Positions 37,340 through 48,612 of a DNA stretch of 64,000 nt are shown one piece after another. Position numbers and translations under genes: made by a program. Position 1 is the stretch's first letter, and each line of letters opens with the position of its first letter. The notes under the pieces were generated by a model. It ran no database searches and was not told the origin of the DNA. It saw only the letters and a program-made list of their open reading frames with translations. The DNA is taken from assembly GCF_018350175.1 (NCBI RefSeq), contig NC_058368.1, forward strand, positions 65,412,001 through 65,476,000, given 5' to 3'. This DNA comes from Felis catus. Its lineage: Eukaryota.

Positions 37340-38347
37340 GCCTGCCCCCCTCCCCCCGTTTGCCTTTTGAAGCCCACTTTTGGTGTGTCTTTTCCCTGCA
37401 ATGTATTTCTTAATTACTCAGGTAGCTACTCCATATTTTGTGTCCTTTTGGCACTTTGCATATAATGATGTTTTAGTACACAGTCTGTTTTCTACTGTAT
37501 TTTTATGTGTTTACATGTCTGTCCTTCTCACTCCTAGACCATACATTCCCCTTTATAATAAACATTTTGCAATGCCCTGCTATTATCTTGACATGGAATC
37601 CTTAGTTATGTGACCTGCCTGTCTTAGTTTTAATGATCAATATATTTCCCCAACTGTAACATATAGGGAAATAAAATAAAACTTATATTTTACCTATAAA
37701 CTGAGATTTTCAGCATTAAGTGCTCAAGAGTAATTTGACTATAAGGTAGAAATAATCCCTGCAAATTTCTAAAATGCACCCTAGGGGATAGTATCTTCCC
37801 TACTGAGAAACATTGAGACAGATTGTGAGCTCCATTATAGCCCAGGCTGTGTCTGTGTAACTTACCATTTACCCCGCTACTTACACAGTGAGTAGATGAG
37901 TATGTGTGTGACATTAGACCGAGAATTACCTGAAAATAAGTAATTAATATAGCATATTACTTTTGTATCCCAAATGTATAGTTTTCATCAGTTTCCACTG
38001 AGTGTGTCTTAAAATGTTGGATTGATCTATATCAGAAATCTGGTAACTTAAAATAGCTGCATGGACAAAAATGAGTGACCAGTTTTCTATCCATATATCA
38101 ATAGATACACTTAGATTTCTTATATATATTAACTTTTTCAACGAAGCAGGAGTAAATGAAAAAGCCAAAATACACATGTTGAATTGTCATTATTGATACT
38201 CTTATATACCCCTTGGAGTTTAGAGAACCTAGCATCTAATTTTTCTGAGTTGCTTTCCTTAGTTTCCTAAAATATGGGATAGGTTAACCCTCATAATGCT
38301 ATTTAATACCATGAAACCATGAAGAATATCCACATAGGTTGTCTTTT

Positions 38348-38562
38348 AAAAAAAATTTTTTTAATGTTTGTTTATTTTTGAGAGAGAGAGAGAGAGAGCG
38401 AACAGGGGAGGAGCAGAGAGAGGGAGACACAGAATCCAAAGCAGGCTCCAGGCTCTGAGCTGTCAGCACAGCGCCCCATGTGGGGCTTGAATCCATGGAC
38501 TGCGAGATCATGACTTGAGCTAAAGTCGGACACCCAACCGACTGAGCCACCCAGGCATCCCC
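38348..38562 (-). mobile_element. Can-SINE (SINEC_Fc)
   Basis: Full body; degenerate TSD cacataggttgtctttt / caaatagatggtctttt. Confidence 0.96.
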
Positions 38563-38899
38563 CAAATAGATGGTCTTTTTAGTTCAGTTGCTCTTTTTTC
38601 CCTTCTTTCTTAAATGCTGTATACCTCCAATTTTTGAGCATTGGGAAAATCATGCGGCTTTTATTAATCCCATACATTGCCCATAGAGCATGACAATTTG
38701 GTGTAGGGTGTAATTAATGAAACAATATGCTGCCATAGTTCCTAAAATAATGGGATTCAGTAATTAGAGAAGCAGTCAAGAATTTTGCTTTTGGTTATAG
38801 AATAGTTGAACAGCTTAAATACTTCCTCAAAAAAAGAGTTTTGCAAATATCCCTTTGTTCATCTCCTACTAAGGGTAAGGTAATGCCGGATGATATTTT

Positions 38900-39115
38900 T
38901 AAAAACATTGAAAAAATTCATTTTCATTTATTTTTAAGAGAGAGAGAGAGAGAGAATATGAATGCCCACAAGAGGGGGAAGGGAGAGAGAGAGAGGTAGA
39001 CACACTATTTGAAGCAGGCTCCCAGCTCTGAGCTGTCAGCACAAAGCCCGATGCAGGCCTTAACCTAGACGGAGACCTGAGCCCAAGTCGGAACTTAACC
39101 GACTGAGCCCAGGCA
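38900..39115 (-). mobile_element. Can-SINE with internal deletions
   Basis: (GA)n tract, gaagcaggctcccagctctgagctgtcagcac, shortened B-box region. Confidence 0.92.
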
Positions 39116-40140
39116 TGCCTGGATTGTTTTTTTTCAGTGGAAAATGTTGGCAAGAAGTATTTACATGTTCTTTATGCTCTTGATATTCAAGAGAAAGAAT
39201 TCTTCTTATTGCCTGTGTTTATCAACTTAAAATTTGCTGATGAGGAAATTGAAAAAAAAAATTATAGGTAAGTTTTAAATCACAGAAATGAGTTCAGCTA
39301 ATTAAATTAGCAGCATAAGAAATTGTGAGGGAAATCCATTGTAACAGGAGTGTTATAAAGATTGGTTTCATTAAATATCTAGACATGAACTTTGCAGCCA
39401 AACCCTGAAGTGCATTGAAGACCAGGGAATATTGGGGAAATGCACCTAGGATAAATTCTTAGTAAATTAATGTCTTCTGTACATTTAGAAATAAAGATAC
39501 CAATATAAGAATGTGTAGGGTCATAAAATATTCTAGAATACATCCCAGGGAGATGTGTAGAGAGAAGTTTCCTCACTAAATTATTCTTCGTGTTCTGAAA
39601 GATCTAGAAAATAGTAAGTCAAATTCCTTTTGACTTTTAGGATAATCATATTAAACACTTAAAGAGAACATTGTGATTTGCCTCAGATGTAGCGACACTT
39701 AAGAAGCATCAATAGCCAGAGATGTTTTTGAAAAGATAAGTAGCCAGTTATTGTCTGTAGTTGAAAGTCGGGGCCCTGGGTGTTCCTGTCATGGAATGGC
39801 AGTCAGGGCAATTGTTGCTGACATTAATGTTTTGTATGTACTCTGTGCCTTTAACTTTCTTCTTTTTGTCCTTTCCTTTTCACCTCTTCTTTATTTGTCT
39901 CGTTTCTTATTCATTGTAAGGTAAGGTAATTGTGTTACACTGACTCTGCTGAATGTACTTCATGAAATATTGGGTCATGAATTCATTCATTCAGCAGACA
40001 CTTACTGGTCGCTGCCTCTATGCTCATTGATTTGTCCCCAGGTAGGGGATTGGTCTAGATTAACTCCAGATAATCTCTTAAAGTCTCTTCACACACAGGC
40101 TGACATTCTCCAGAACTATCTATGATCCAGATTCAATCTT

Positions 40141-40296
40141 TTTTTTTTTAAATGTTTATTTGTTTTTGAGAGAGAGGGAGAGAGCACACTCACCTCGTGG
40201 AGCCTGATATGGGGCTCAATCTCATGATGGTGAGATCATGACCTGAGCCAAAATCAAGAGTTGGGAGCTTAACAAACTAAGCCACCCAGGTGCCCC
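40141..40296 (-). mobile_element. Can-SINE lacking its middle segment
   Basis: TSD atccagatt(ca/tt)atctt at 40125-40140 and 40298-40313. Confidence 0.92.
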
Positions 40297-40924
40297 AATC
40301 CAGATTTTATCTTAAGTGTCTCACTGGAAATTCTTAATATGAAAGTGTATCTTATAGGCCAGTCTTGAGATTTACATTTATAAGATGCTTATGGTAAAAT
40401 TAATGACTTTTTTTTATAAAGAAGAAGATAATTGGAAATCAAATTTTTTTTATCAGCCTTAAATCATTTCACATGAAGAGGGAAATATATTGACAAAGAA
40501 TGCTAGAATCATCTTTTGTACGTGAGGTTATGGTTTATCCTGTTCTTTCGTGTTTGTGATATTGTATTTTCTCTACACTGTGTATACTATCATCCTGTTT
40601 ACTCATAAGCGATAGTGTCATTGCTTAAGGCAAAAGCTTTATATAGAGAGTTTAGTGTGGAGTTGTTTGTAGACTGGGCATTCTACACCTTCAAAAAGGG
40701 AAGAATTTTAAGAAGGCGTTGTCTAATAAGCTAAATTTTAAATCATGACTATCAAGTCTTTAACATAATTTTCAGAGGACCAGTATGGCTATTGTCTGAT
40801 ACATAGCTCACTGAAATAAAAATTGAGCATTGTTTTCATTGCCTTGGTCGGGATTGCTTATGGGTAATATCTTTCACTGAGGCATTTCCTAAGATGAAAC
40901 TTTTTGCCTTCTGTTTGGTAACAT

Positions 40925-41115
40925 GTCATGAAATCATAGCGATGGAAGAAATCTTCTATATCTTCTTGTTCAGTTTTCTAATTTCATAGATGAAGAAATG
41001 GAAGTATAATGGATTTCACGAACTTTCCCGGTGTCATTCCACAGGATTAATTACAGAGGTGGCACAAGAATGCAGGCTTTCTTAATTCTAATCCTGGGAT
41101 CTTCTCACCACATCA
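40925..41115 (-). mobile_element. MIR3/MIRc-like element
   Basis: ctaatttcatagatgaagaaatggaag...aactttcccggtgtcattccacagg...cagaggtggcacaagaatgcagg. Confidence 0.65.
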
Positions 41116-42922
41116 CTCTGTTTCATTCTTTCTTTCATCCATTCACTCAACCTACTGGAACATAACATTTTCGTGCTCACCATTTGCCGGTCATTGTGCC
41201 AGGAGCTTAATTAACCACTTAGAATTTGTTACTTTCTCAGATCTTCAGTGAAAGTATTTGAAATACTTCAGTTTTATGGAAACAAAGACATACTGTCCAA
41301 CTTGAATTTGTTTGAATGAATATATATTTTTCATCAATATGTATATATTATAAAGCCTTATTTAGAAAGTCACACTGAAGGGAAAGATTCTACTTCCCAA
41401 CATTTGGATGAGACCATCCGGCAATCTTCCAGTTGATGTTTTGACTGATTCCTTGCTATTGCTGAGGTTGATCAGTATTGTAATCAAACGTGACATCAGC
41501 ATGCACATCTGTTCAGTAAACTGTAACAGGCACTTGACTATAACGCTTTCTAATAATTTGAACTCTAGAAATGATATAATGGGCCATTATTTTTCATTCC
41601 TTATTGAATGCTGTGATTGATTACTGATTGAATATGCATGACTCAGAATTTTTATTTCAAATTAGAACTCTGTCACATTTAACTTAAAAATTGACTTTAG
41701 CTTTTTTCCACTGATTTAATGTAATTCCTCATAATCTTTGATGTAGATGTCTTCTATATTTGGATTAATGAATCTAGTACCGCAAAATAATTTAGTGTCT
41801 ATGTTATTATTTAGCCCGTGATTCTGTGAAAAAGTTGTTGGCAGTTATGTTGTCATAATTTATTAAATAGTGCTAGAGAAAAGAAAATATCTAACTTACT
41901 GTTTGGTTTCTTGAGCTATGTTGCCAGTAAAATCACCTTATAAAGACATCAAGGATTCTGTGCATTTGTACATCCTAATATAGCCTTATCATCTTGTTAC
42001 TTTTATTAGAGGGAATATCCTTCATGTTTCTAGAAGCAACCTAAGTTTCTGTGTCCAGAACTATTTCGAAAAGAAATGGTGAAGGAAGCTAAGCTGGTCT
42101 TCAGGATTATCCCATTTCCTTTTGGACACTTGGTACTTTGTCCCTACTTTCCTGAAGCCGAATGTTTCCTTCATTCTCTTGTCCCTTATGCAGTCTCTCT
42201 CGCCCCGCAGAGTACACTCTCTTTTTCTCTCTTTCTGAGATTCCTCTGACACTAAAGTTAGTATCATATTTCCAACGGTTCAGATCAATCCATAATTGCT
42301 GTCCAGAGTGCTGTGTTGAGAAAGATTTAAGATTACAGCCCAGATCAATGGGAAACACTGCTATGATCAGATGGTGATGTCTGACTGTGGGCATCACACC
42401 CCCGTGTGGGCTTGAGGGGTGCTAGACTTTTCTAGCATGTCCCGTGACTGTCTCACCATGGTATTTGCTATCTATTTAAGATCTTTTCAACTAACGAATC
42501 TGAAAAAGAAATTTTTATTAATGTACTGGGAGAAGTTGGCTCCCAGTTTTTCATTCCTCTTCTAGTTACCATGGCTTGTGAATAGTTAAAAGTGACCTTG
42601 TGAAGACCATATTACTTATTTTCTTTTAACCTGTTTTTGCTTAGTGCTGGGAAATTGAATTTACCCCACTCATGCTAACTTGAGAAAAATCTGCTTCTTG
42701 AGCCTGTAGATTTTACTTTTGGTATTATACAGACCAAAAATGTATGTTTTTAATGTGGTGCCTGGATACACTGAATTTTCTGATATTTTTTCCCTTGGAA
42801 CTTAATTTTTCCATGGAGGTTTATTTAATTCTTCTGTCGTTCTTTCTGAACGCTCCAGATTGCTATCTTGTTTTTGGCTATTCTGGTAATGGTGGCCACC
42901 CAATATTTACATTTAATCTACA

Positions 42923-43387
42923 CAGTAGTTTGCCCTTATCCATGGTTTTGCTTTCTGTAGTTTCATTTACCCTTCGTCAGCCGTGATCCGGAAGCACATG
43001 ATCCTCTTCCTGACGTATTGTCCGAAGGTCACCAGTAGCCTGCTGCTCAGTCACGATGCCTGCATCATTCTCCTCACTTCATCTCATTACGTAGGCATTT
43101 TATCCTGCCACATCATCACAAGAAGGAGAGTGAGTACGTTACAGTAAGGTATTTTTGAGAGGGAGAGAGATGACATTCACATAGCTTTTATTAGAGTACA
43201 TTGTTATAATTCTATGTTATTATTAGTTATTTATCTCTTACTGGCCTAATTTATAAATTAAACTGTATTATTGGTGGGCATGTGGAGGAAAAAACATAGT
43301 ATATGTAGGGTCCGGTGCTATCCATGGTTTCCGGCACCTATTGGGCATCTTGGAATGTATTCCGTGAGGATAGGGCGGGTATCGCTG
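42923..43387. mobile_element. MER44/Tigger7-derived non-autonomous Tc1-mariner element
   Basis: Terminal inverted repeats cagtagtttgcccttatcc / ggatagggcgggtatcgctg followed by TA; internal cctcacttcatctcattacgtaggcattttatc and aatttataaattaaac. Confidence 0.9.
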
Positions 43388-43544
43388 TACTTTTTGGCAC
43401 CTACTTCTCGCAGACAGTTGCCAGTCTTGTTTTGGTGTTTCCTTTCATTTATAAAAGGCTGGAAGGATACCACAGAAGTTACCGGTTATTTTATGACATT
43501 TCTTAGATTCAGACATTGTTGACTGAGAAAAACAAAGACAATGT

Positions 43545-44046
43545 TGATGCTTACAACAGCATTATCAGAAATACCCAAGCTGTGGAGAGAGCCCAAATGA
43601 GCATTGATTGATGAACAGATAAAGAAGATGTGGTATATGTGTATGACAGAATATTACTCAGCCACCAAAAAGAATGAAATCTTGTCATTTGCAACATCAT
43701 GGATGGAGCTAGAATGTATTATGCTGAGCAAAATAAGTCAGTCACAGAAAGACAAATATCAGATGATTTCACTCATGTGGAATTTAAGAAACAAAACAGA
43801 TGAACATATAGGAGAAGAGTAAAAAACAAACAACGACCATGAGAAACTCTTAAAGATAGAGAACAAACTGAGGGCTGATGAAGGAGGTGGGGGGAGACGG
43901 GCTAGATAGATGATGAGTATTAAGGAGGGTACTTGTGATGAGCACTGGGTGTTGTATGTGCGTGATGAATCACTGACTTCTACTCCTGAATCCAATATTG
44001 CCCTGTATATTAACTAATTAGAATTTAAATAAAAATTTGAAAAAAA
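43545..44046 (+). mobile_element. Carnivore L1 3' end
   Basis: ORF 43604-43822 (IKKMWY...EYYSATKKNEILSFATSWMELECIMLSKISQ) is the L1 ORF2 C-terminus; 3' UTR ends gaatttaaataaaaatttgaaaaaaa. Confidence 0.95.
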
Positions 44047-44740
44047 TATTTACAAGCCATATTTACTCAAATAACCATGAGATTTCTAAAAAAGTCAGTA
44101 GGTCTTGCTTTAGAAACTAATGTGAGATAAAAGGGAAGAGGGTGGGTAGCCTATGTGAAGGGACTGGTCCTGGTTCAGATTTGTTTTGGTCTGAGACATG
44201 TGGGGATATTTCATATCATGAGTTTGAATCTGAAAGCCTTTTCGTTTTCCTTTTAAAGTTATTTTTGAAGGCAAAACAAATTAATTCTGATGGGAGACTA
44301 GATCAATTACATGATTAGATCATGAATGCTTATGTGTTGGTAATTATAAAGAATTCATAATAGAATTAATGGGCTACAGTTGAGAGTATGAGGTGAAACT
44401 CATCAAAATGATCTCTGTCTACACAAAAATGTGTGAATATGAGGCCAACACAGTCATACGGAGAAAGAAAGATTGATTGAAAACATGATTCTTTAAAACA
44501 TTGAACTGGTTTGAGTAACTGCATATTGTGTTAGACTCAATAAGAAGTCAGTTACTAATTGTGTATTAAGTTTTTGAAGCTCTGATTTGTGAGAGAGGAA
44601 GAGGTATGAATATATATACCTGTGAGCATTTGATGACACAACACAACAAATAAGCCAATTGTGCTGTTTCTGTGGAATGTGGTACATTTCTGTGGTTGAG
44701 AGAAATGTTCTTTTCTTCAGCATGTATTTTTGTAATTTGA

Positions 44741-45440
44741 ATCATTCATTCATCCATTCATTCATTCATTCATTCATTCATAAAATATTTGCTGAGTGTT
44801 GGCCTTCAGCCAGGCACTGTATTAGGCACAAGATAAACCGTGTTAAGAGAAATGGACATGATCCTTGCCTCCAGGGAGATTCTATTCTAGTGGAGAAACC
44901 CAGAAAATAAACAAGTTATCCAAAGTAGTATTTATGTACATAAACAAATTGAGAAAAATTTAAGAAACAAAGAGGATGCTGCGACAGGTAAAAATGTTAC
45001 CATTTGATGGTAGTGGATCAAAGGTCATGAAATTTGAAGAATATGGAACCAGCCTTGCAGAGGGCTGGGGTCCTGTAGGTAGCTCTGTGGTTGACACAAT
45101 CCAGGAGCCGAGAGCTGGATGGTATATACGGCCGGAGGGTTGGGAGGGGAAGGAAATGAAATGGAGAAGTTGGCAGGGACCATATCATGCAGGCTTTCAT
45201 AAGCTATAGTAAGGTCCTTAGAGTGTGAACACAAGCCACTGATGGATTTTAAGCAAGGAGTGACTTGATCCATTTGGCCTTTGCTTTGAAAAGATCCCAT
45301 CCAGCTGCTATTAAAAAAAAAAAAAAATGGCTAAAGGGGCCTTCATAGAGGAAGTAGAGACCATGTTAAACAGTTGTTGGTCTGATCCACCAGGGGCCTG
45401 AGCAGTGGAGGTGGCAGTGAGGACAGGAAGAAGTGAGCAT
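44741..45440 (-). mobile_element. L2a with expanded (CATT)n tail
   Basis: (cattcatt)n then aaatatttgctgagtg...gccaggcactgtattaggcac; aagccactgatggattttaagcaagg. Confidence 0.88.
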
Positions 45441-46325
45441 CGTTCTGAATTCATTAATGTTTAACTCTGTAACCTCAAAAATATGGATCTAAAAATGTTT
45501 CAAAATATGTTTTTCCGTGTATACTCCCTGTTGTACCTCGTTTCTTTCTCAAACATCTAACTGTGCAGTTCTAACTAATGATTCCCCCCCCCCCCCACCC
45601 CGATTTCGGGTCTAAAAGAAATTCCCCTATTATAGTTTACATAGTAATAAGTAAAGTAGAATTTTAGATTATAACTTATGTAGTTGCCATTCTTGTGGGT
45701 TAACATGGTTGAATATGGGCCAGTTCATATGGCTTAATGTAACAGAGTCAGATTTGACTATTCTCATGGAAACATTCGGCTAATGTGGATGTGGTCTGTA
45801 GCAAGGGAAATATTCTTTTTTTCCTATGGATAAATGGAGGGTCCAAATGGCATCGCTTGATGAGAGATGTATTAGGCTATTCCTCAGTCTGTGGGCACAC
45901 AGAGCCCCCTCATTGGACAGCCCAGGATTGGGGGGCGGGATGAAATGGCCACTTTATTGGAAAAGCCCACTTTTCCTCTGTAGTCAGTCAAATGCTATTA
46001 TCCTTCTATTACTCTGTAATTTTGAGGGCAAGTTCAGTGAATAACTATAGAGGCTATTAAGAGCTGTCATAGAAAATTTATCTGTCTTCAAATGGAAGGT
46101 AGAAACATTACTCCAGGAGCAGCATTGCTTCGATGTAGATATTTTTCCTCTTTGAGCTTTTAAAAATGATGTTTATTGTTTCCCACGACATCACCCCGGA
46201 CCTTTCTAACACTCGCAATTGTGATCCTGCCTTTTTTCCTTTGTCTAGAATGAAATTTATGGAGGAAGCATGGCCCATGGAAATCAATCTTATTTTGTGG
46301 TAGTTTCATGTTAGTGTCTACACTA

Positions 46326-46366
46326 AATAGTACACAGCTGGGGTCAATAGTAACACAGCTGGGGTC
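46326..46366. repeat. Tandem duplication of about 20 bp
   Basis: aatagt(a)acacagctggggtc twice. Confidence 0.9.
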
Positions 46367-46530
46367 ATGGTAAAATCCACCCAGATCTTCAAAGAGGAAA
46401 AGTTCCAGAAAAGGCCTCTGTCGTCCTCTCTTCTTTATTCTTATCTTTGGCTTTTGAGGGTAAGAGTATGGCTGTTGGAGGCCATCATAATGCATAGAAA
46501 GAAATGAGTATTTCAGAAAATCACCGTTTT

Positions 46531-46980
46531 TGTTTTTGTTTTTTTTTTTCCCCTGTAGCAGCTACAGTGGATTATCTCAAACTTGATGTCTTAAAACAAC
46601 AGAATTTATTTTCTCACAGTTCTGGAGGTCAGAAGCCCCAAGTCAAGGTGTTGACCAGGTGGCTCCCTCCAAAGGCCCTAAGGGGTGTATCCTTTCTTGA
46701 CTCTTCAGGGAAGGGTGGCTCCAGGGAGTTCTTGGCTTTTGCTTCAATTTACTCTCTGACTCTCTCTTCACATGGCTTTCTTCCCCGAGTCTCTGTGAGA
46801 CCTTTTCTGTCTCTCATAAGGGCATTTCTCATTAGATTTAGGACCCACCCAAATGCAGTGTGCTCTCATTTTCATTTTCAATGTAATTACATCAGCAAAA
46901 CACTGTTTCCAAATAAGGTTACATCCTGAAGTTCCAGGTAGACATGAAATTGGAAGGGCAAGACTGTTCAATCCACTATA
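46531..46980 (-). mobile_element. MLT1B-like solo LTR (ERVL-MaLR)
   Basis: cttaaaacaacagaatttattttctcacagttctggaggtcagaag...tttccaaataaggttacatcctgaagttcc...ctgttcaatccactata. Confidence 0.9.
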
Positions 46981-47499
46981 ATCACTGACTCAGAACACAA
47001 AGCAAAAACACCTGAGTTGGTGGTTTTATTTTCCAATCTCAGTTTTATCAACTCTTAAAGAAACTACTTATTCTCAATGCTTTCCCTGGAATGGAGTTAA
47101 GAGATTAATTCATAGGATTGCCAGAAGATCAAATTACTAAAATTCTCTATATGTGTTTAGTAAGGGAATAGAATTGAACGAGGAAGGATTTTCATCTGAT
47201 TGTAAAATGTTATTAAAAATTTGCTCAACTCAGCTCTTGGAAGGAGACTTTGAAAGAAATGCACTTCCAAATATGGTTCCAATTTATGACTTTTTCATTT
47301 AACTGGGCTTGGAGTATTGCTTCTTGGACATAGAATTAGGTTCTAGCTTGAGGAATATTTGCTTGTTATGTATTTATTTAAAGTTCTAGTTCCTAAGTTC
47401 TATTTATATTATAGATTTTCCCTCAGTCTTAGTTCTGATAACCAAGGTCCCATGTAGCTCTTACTATGGGACAGGAACACTGCCAGATTCCCATCCATT

Positions 47500-47920
47500 A
47501 TCTAAAGCAATCCTGCATCACAACAGCCCTCTGGAGTAGTTATTATTGGCCTTGGTTTTTTTTTTATTTTTAAAAAAAAAATTTTTTTTTTCAACGTTTA
47601 TTTATTTTGGGGACAGAGAGAGACACAGCATGAACGGGGGAGGGGCAGAGAGAGAGGGAGACACAGAATCGGAAACAGGCTCCAGGCTCTGAGCCATCAG
47701 CCCAGAGCCCGACGCGGGGCTCGAACTCACGGACCGCGAGATCGTGACCTGGCTGAAGTCGGACGCTTAACCGACTGCGCCACCCAGGCGCCCCGGCCTT
47801 GGTTTATAGATGATGAAACGAAGCTTAAATGGCTTACTCAAGGATGTTTAGGGCGTCAGCGGAAGAACTGGTTTTCTAATCCATTGTGTCTGGTTCCAGG
47901 GTATAGACTTTTTACCACTG
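47500..47920 (-). mobile_element. MIR split by a SINE
   Basis: catcacaacagccctctggagtagttattatt | tttatagatgatgaaacgaagc...cttactcaagg. Confidence 0.7.
47559..47794 (-). mobile_element. Very young Can-SINE (SINEC_Fc)
   Basis: Perfect TSD ggccttggttt at 47548-47558 and 47795-47805; CpGs essentially intact. Confidence 0.98.
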
Positions 47921-48329
47921 GCCAACACAGTGGGCATCTAAGTATGTCCATCCTGGGTGTAGGAGGAAGTCTGTACATTTATCTGCTGTTAATCCAATGT
48001 CACCTTGCACCTAGGTTCCTCAAGCCTGACTTGTCTTGCTGGGTCTCAGTGTGCCAGTTCTGTCACATGGGGGCTGTTGGGGTGCGGGTTCACATTGTTT
48101 CTCCAGCGTCCTGACTGGCAGCTTCGAGTCCAAGCAGCAATACTGAGTGAGGAGCAGAGGTTCTTTGCCTTTGGGGCACCTTTCCCTTTTCGGCTCAGAT
48201 TTTCTTCAGGAAGCTGCACCTGTTTGGATGCAGACTTGGGTCACCAAGCAGGGTGAATAGAGGACATCCCACCAATCTCAGGTGTGTTTGCCCGATTGGA
48301 ATGTGGCTTGGTACTCAAATGATGCCTCC

Positions 48330-48612
48330 TTGGAGCTGCCTTCCTGCCCACTGTAAGGAACAAAGCCCCTTCCCTCCCTCCCTGTCACTCTTGCCTGCTT
48401 ATTCTACTGTACTGTCACTGCAGCACTTGTTGCTACTTGATACGTTTTATGTTTAGTCCTTCCTTCATTTTCTACCTGCCACTGGAACGTAAACTTCATG
48501 AAGAGTAAGAGCTTTGTCTTCTTCGCTTCTATATCCCCCCGTGGATGGACAGGACTTGACACAGAGACTGTGTAAGTGACGAGTGAGCATATGAATGAGT
48601 GAGTGAATGAAC
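48330..48612 (+). mobile_element. L2a 3' end
   Basis: ccactggaacgtaaacttcatgaagagtaagagctttgtc...tgaatgagtgagtgaatgaa. Confidence 0.8.

Noticed and set aside
42330..42400. Possible C/D snoRNA-like motifs (gtgatg, ctga) with a small hairpin
   Set aside because: No canonical RUGAUGA box with proper spacing and terminal stem
43604..43822. 72-aa ORF with a recognisable protein motif
   Set aside because: It is the C-terminus of L1 ORF2 in a truncated element, not a host gene
46504..46929. Longest ORF in the track (141 aa)
   Set aside because: It lies almost entirely within an MLT1 LTR
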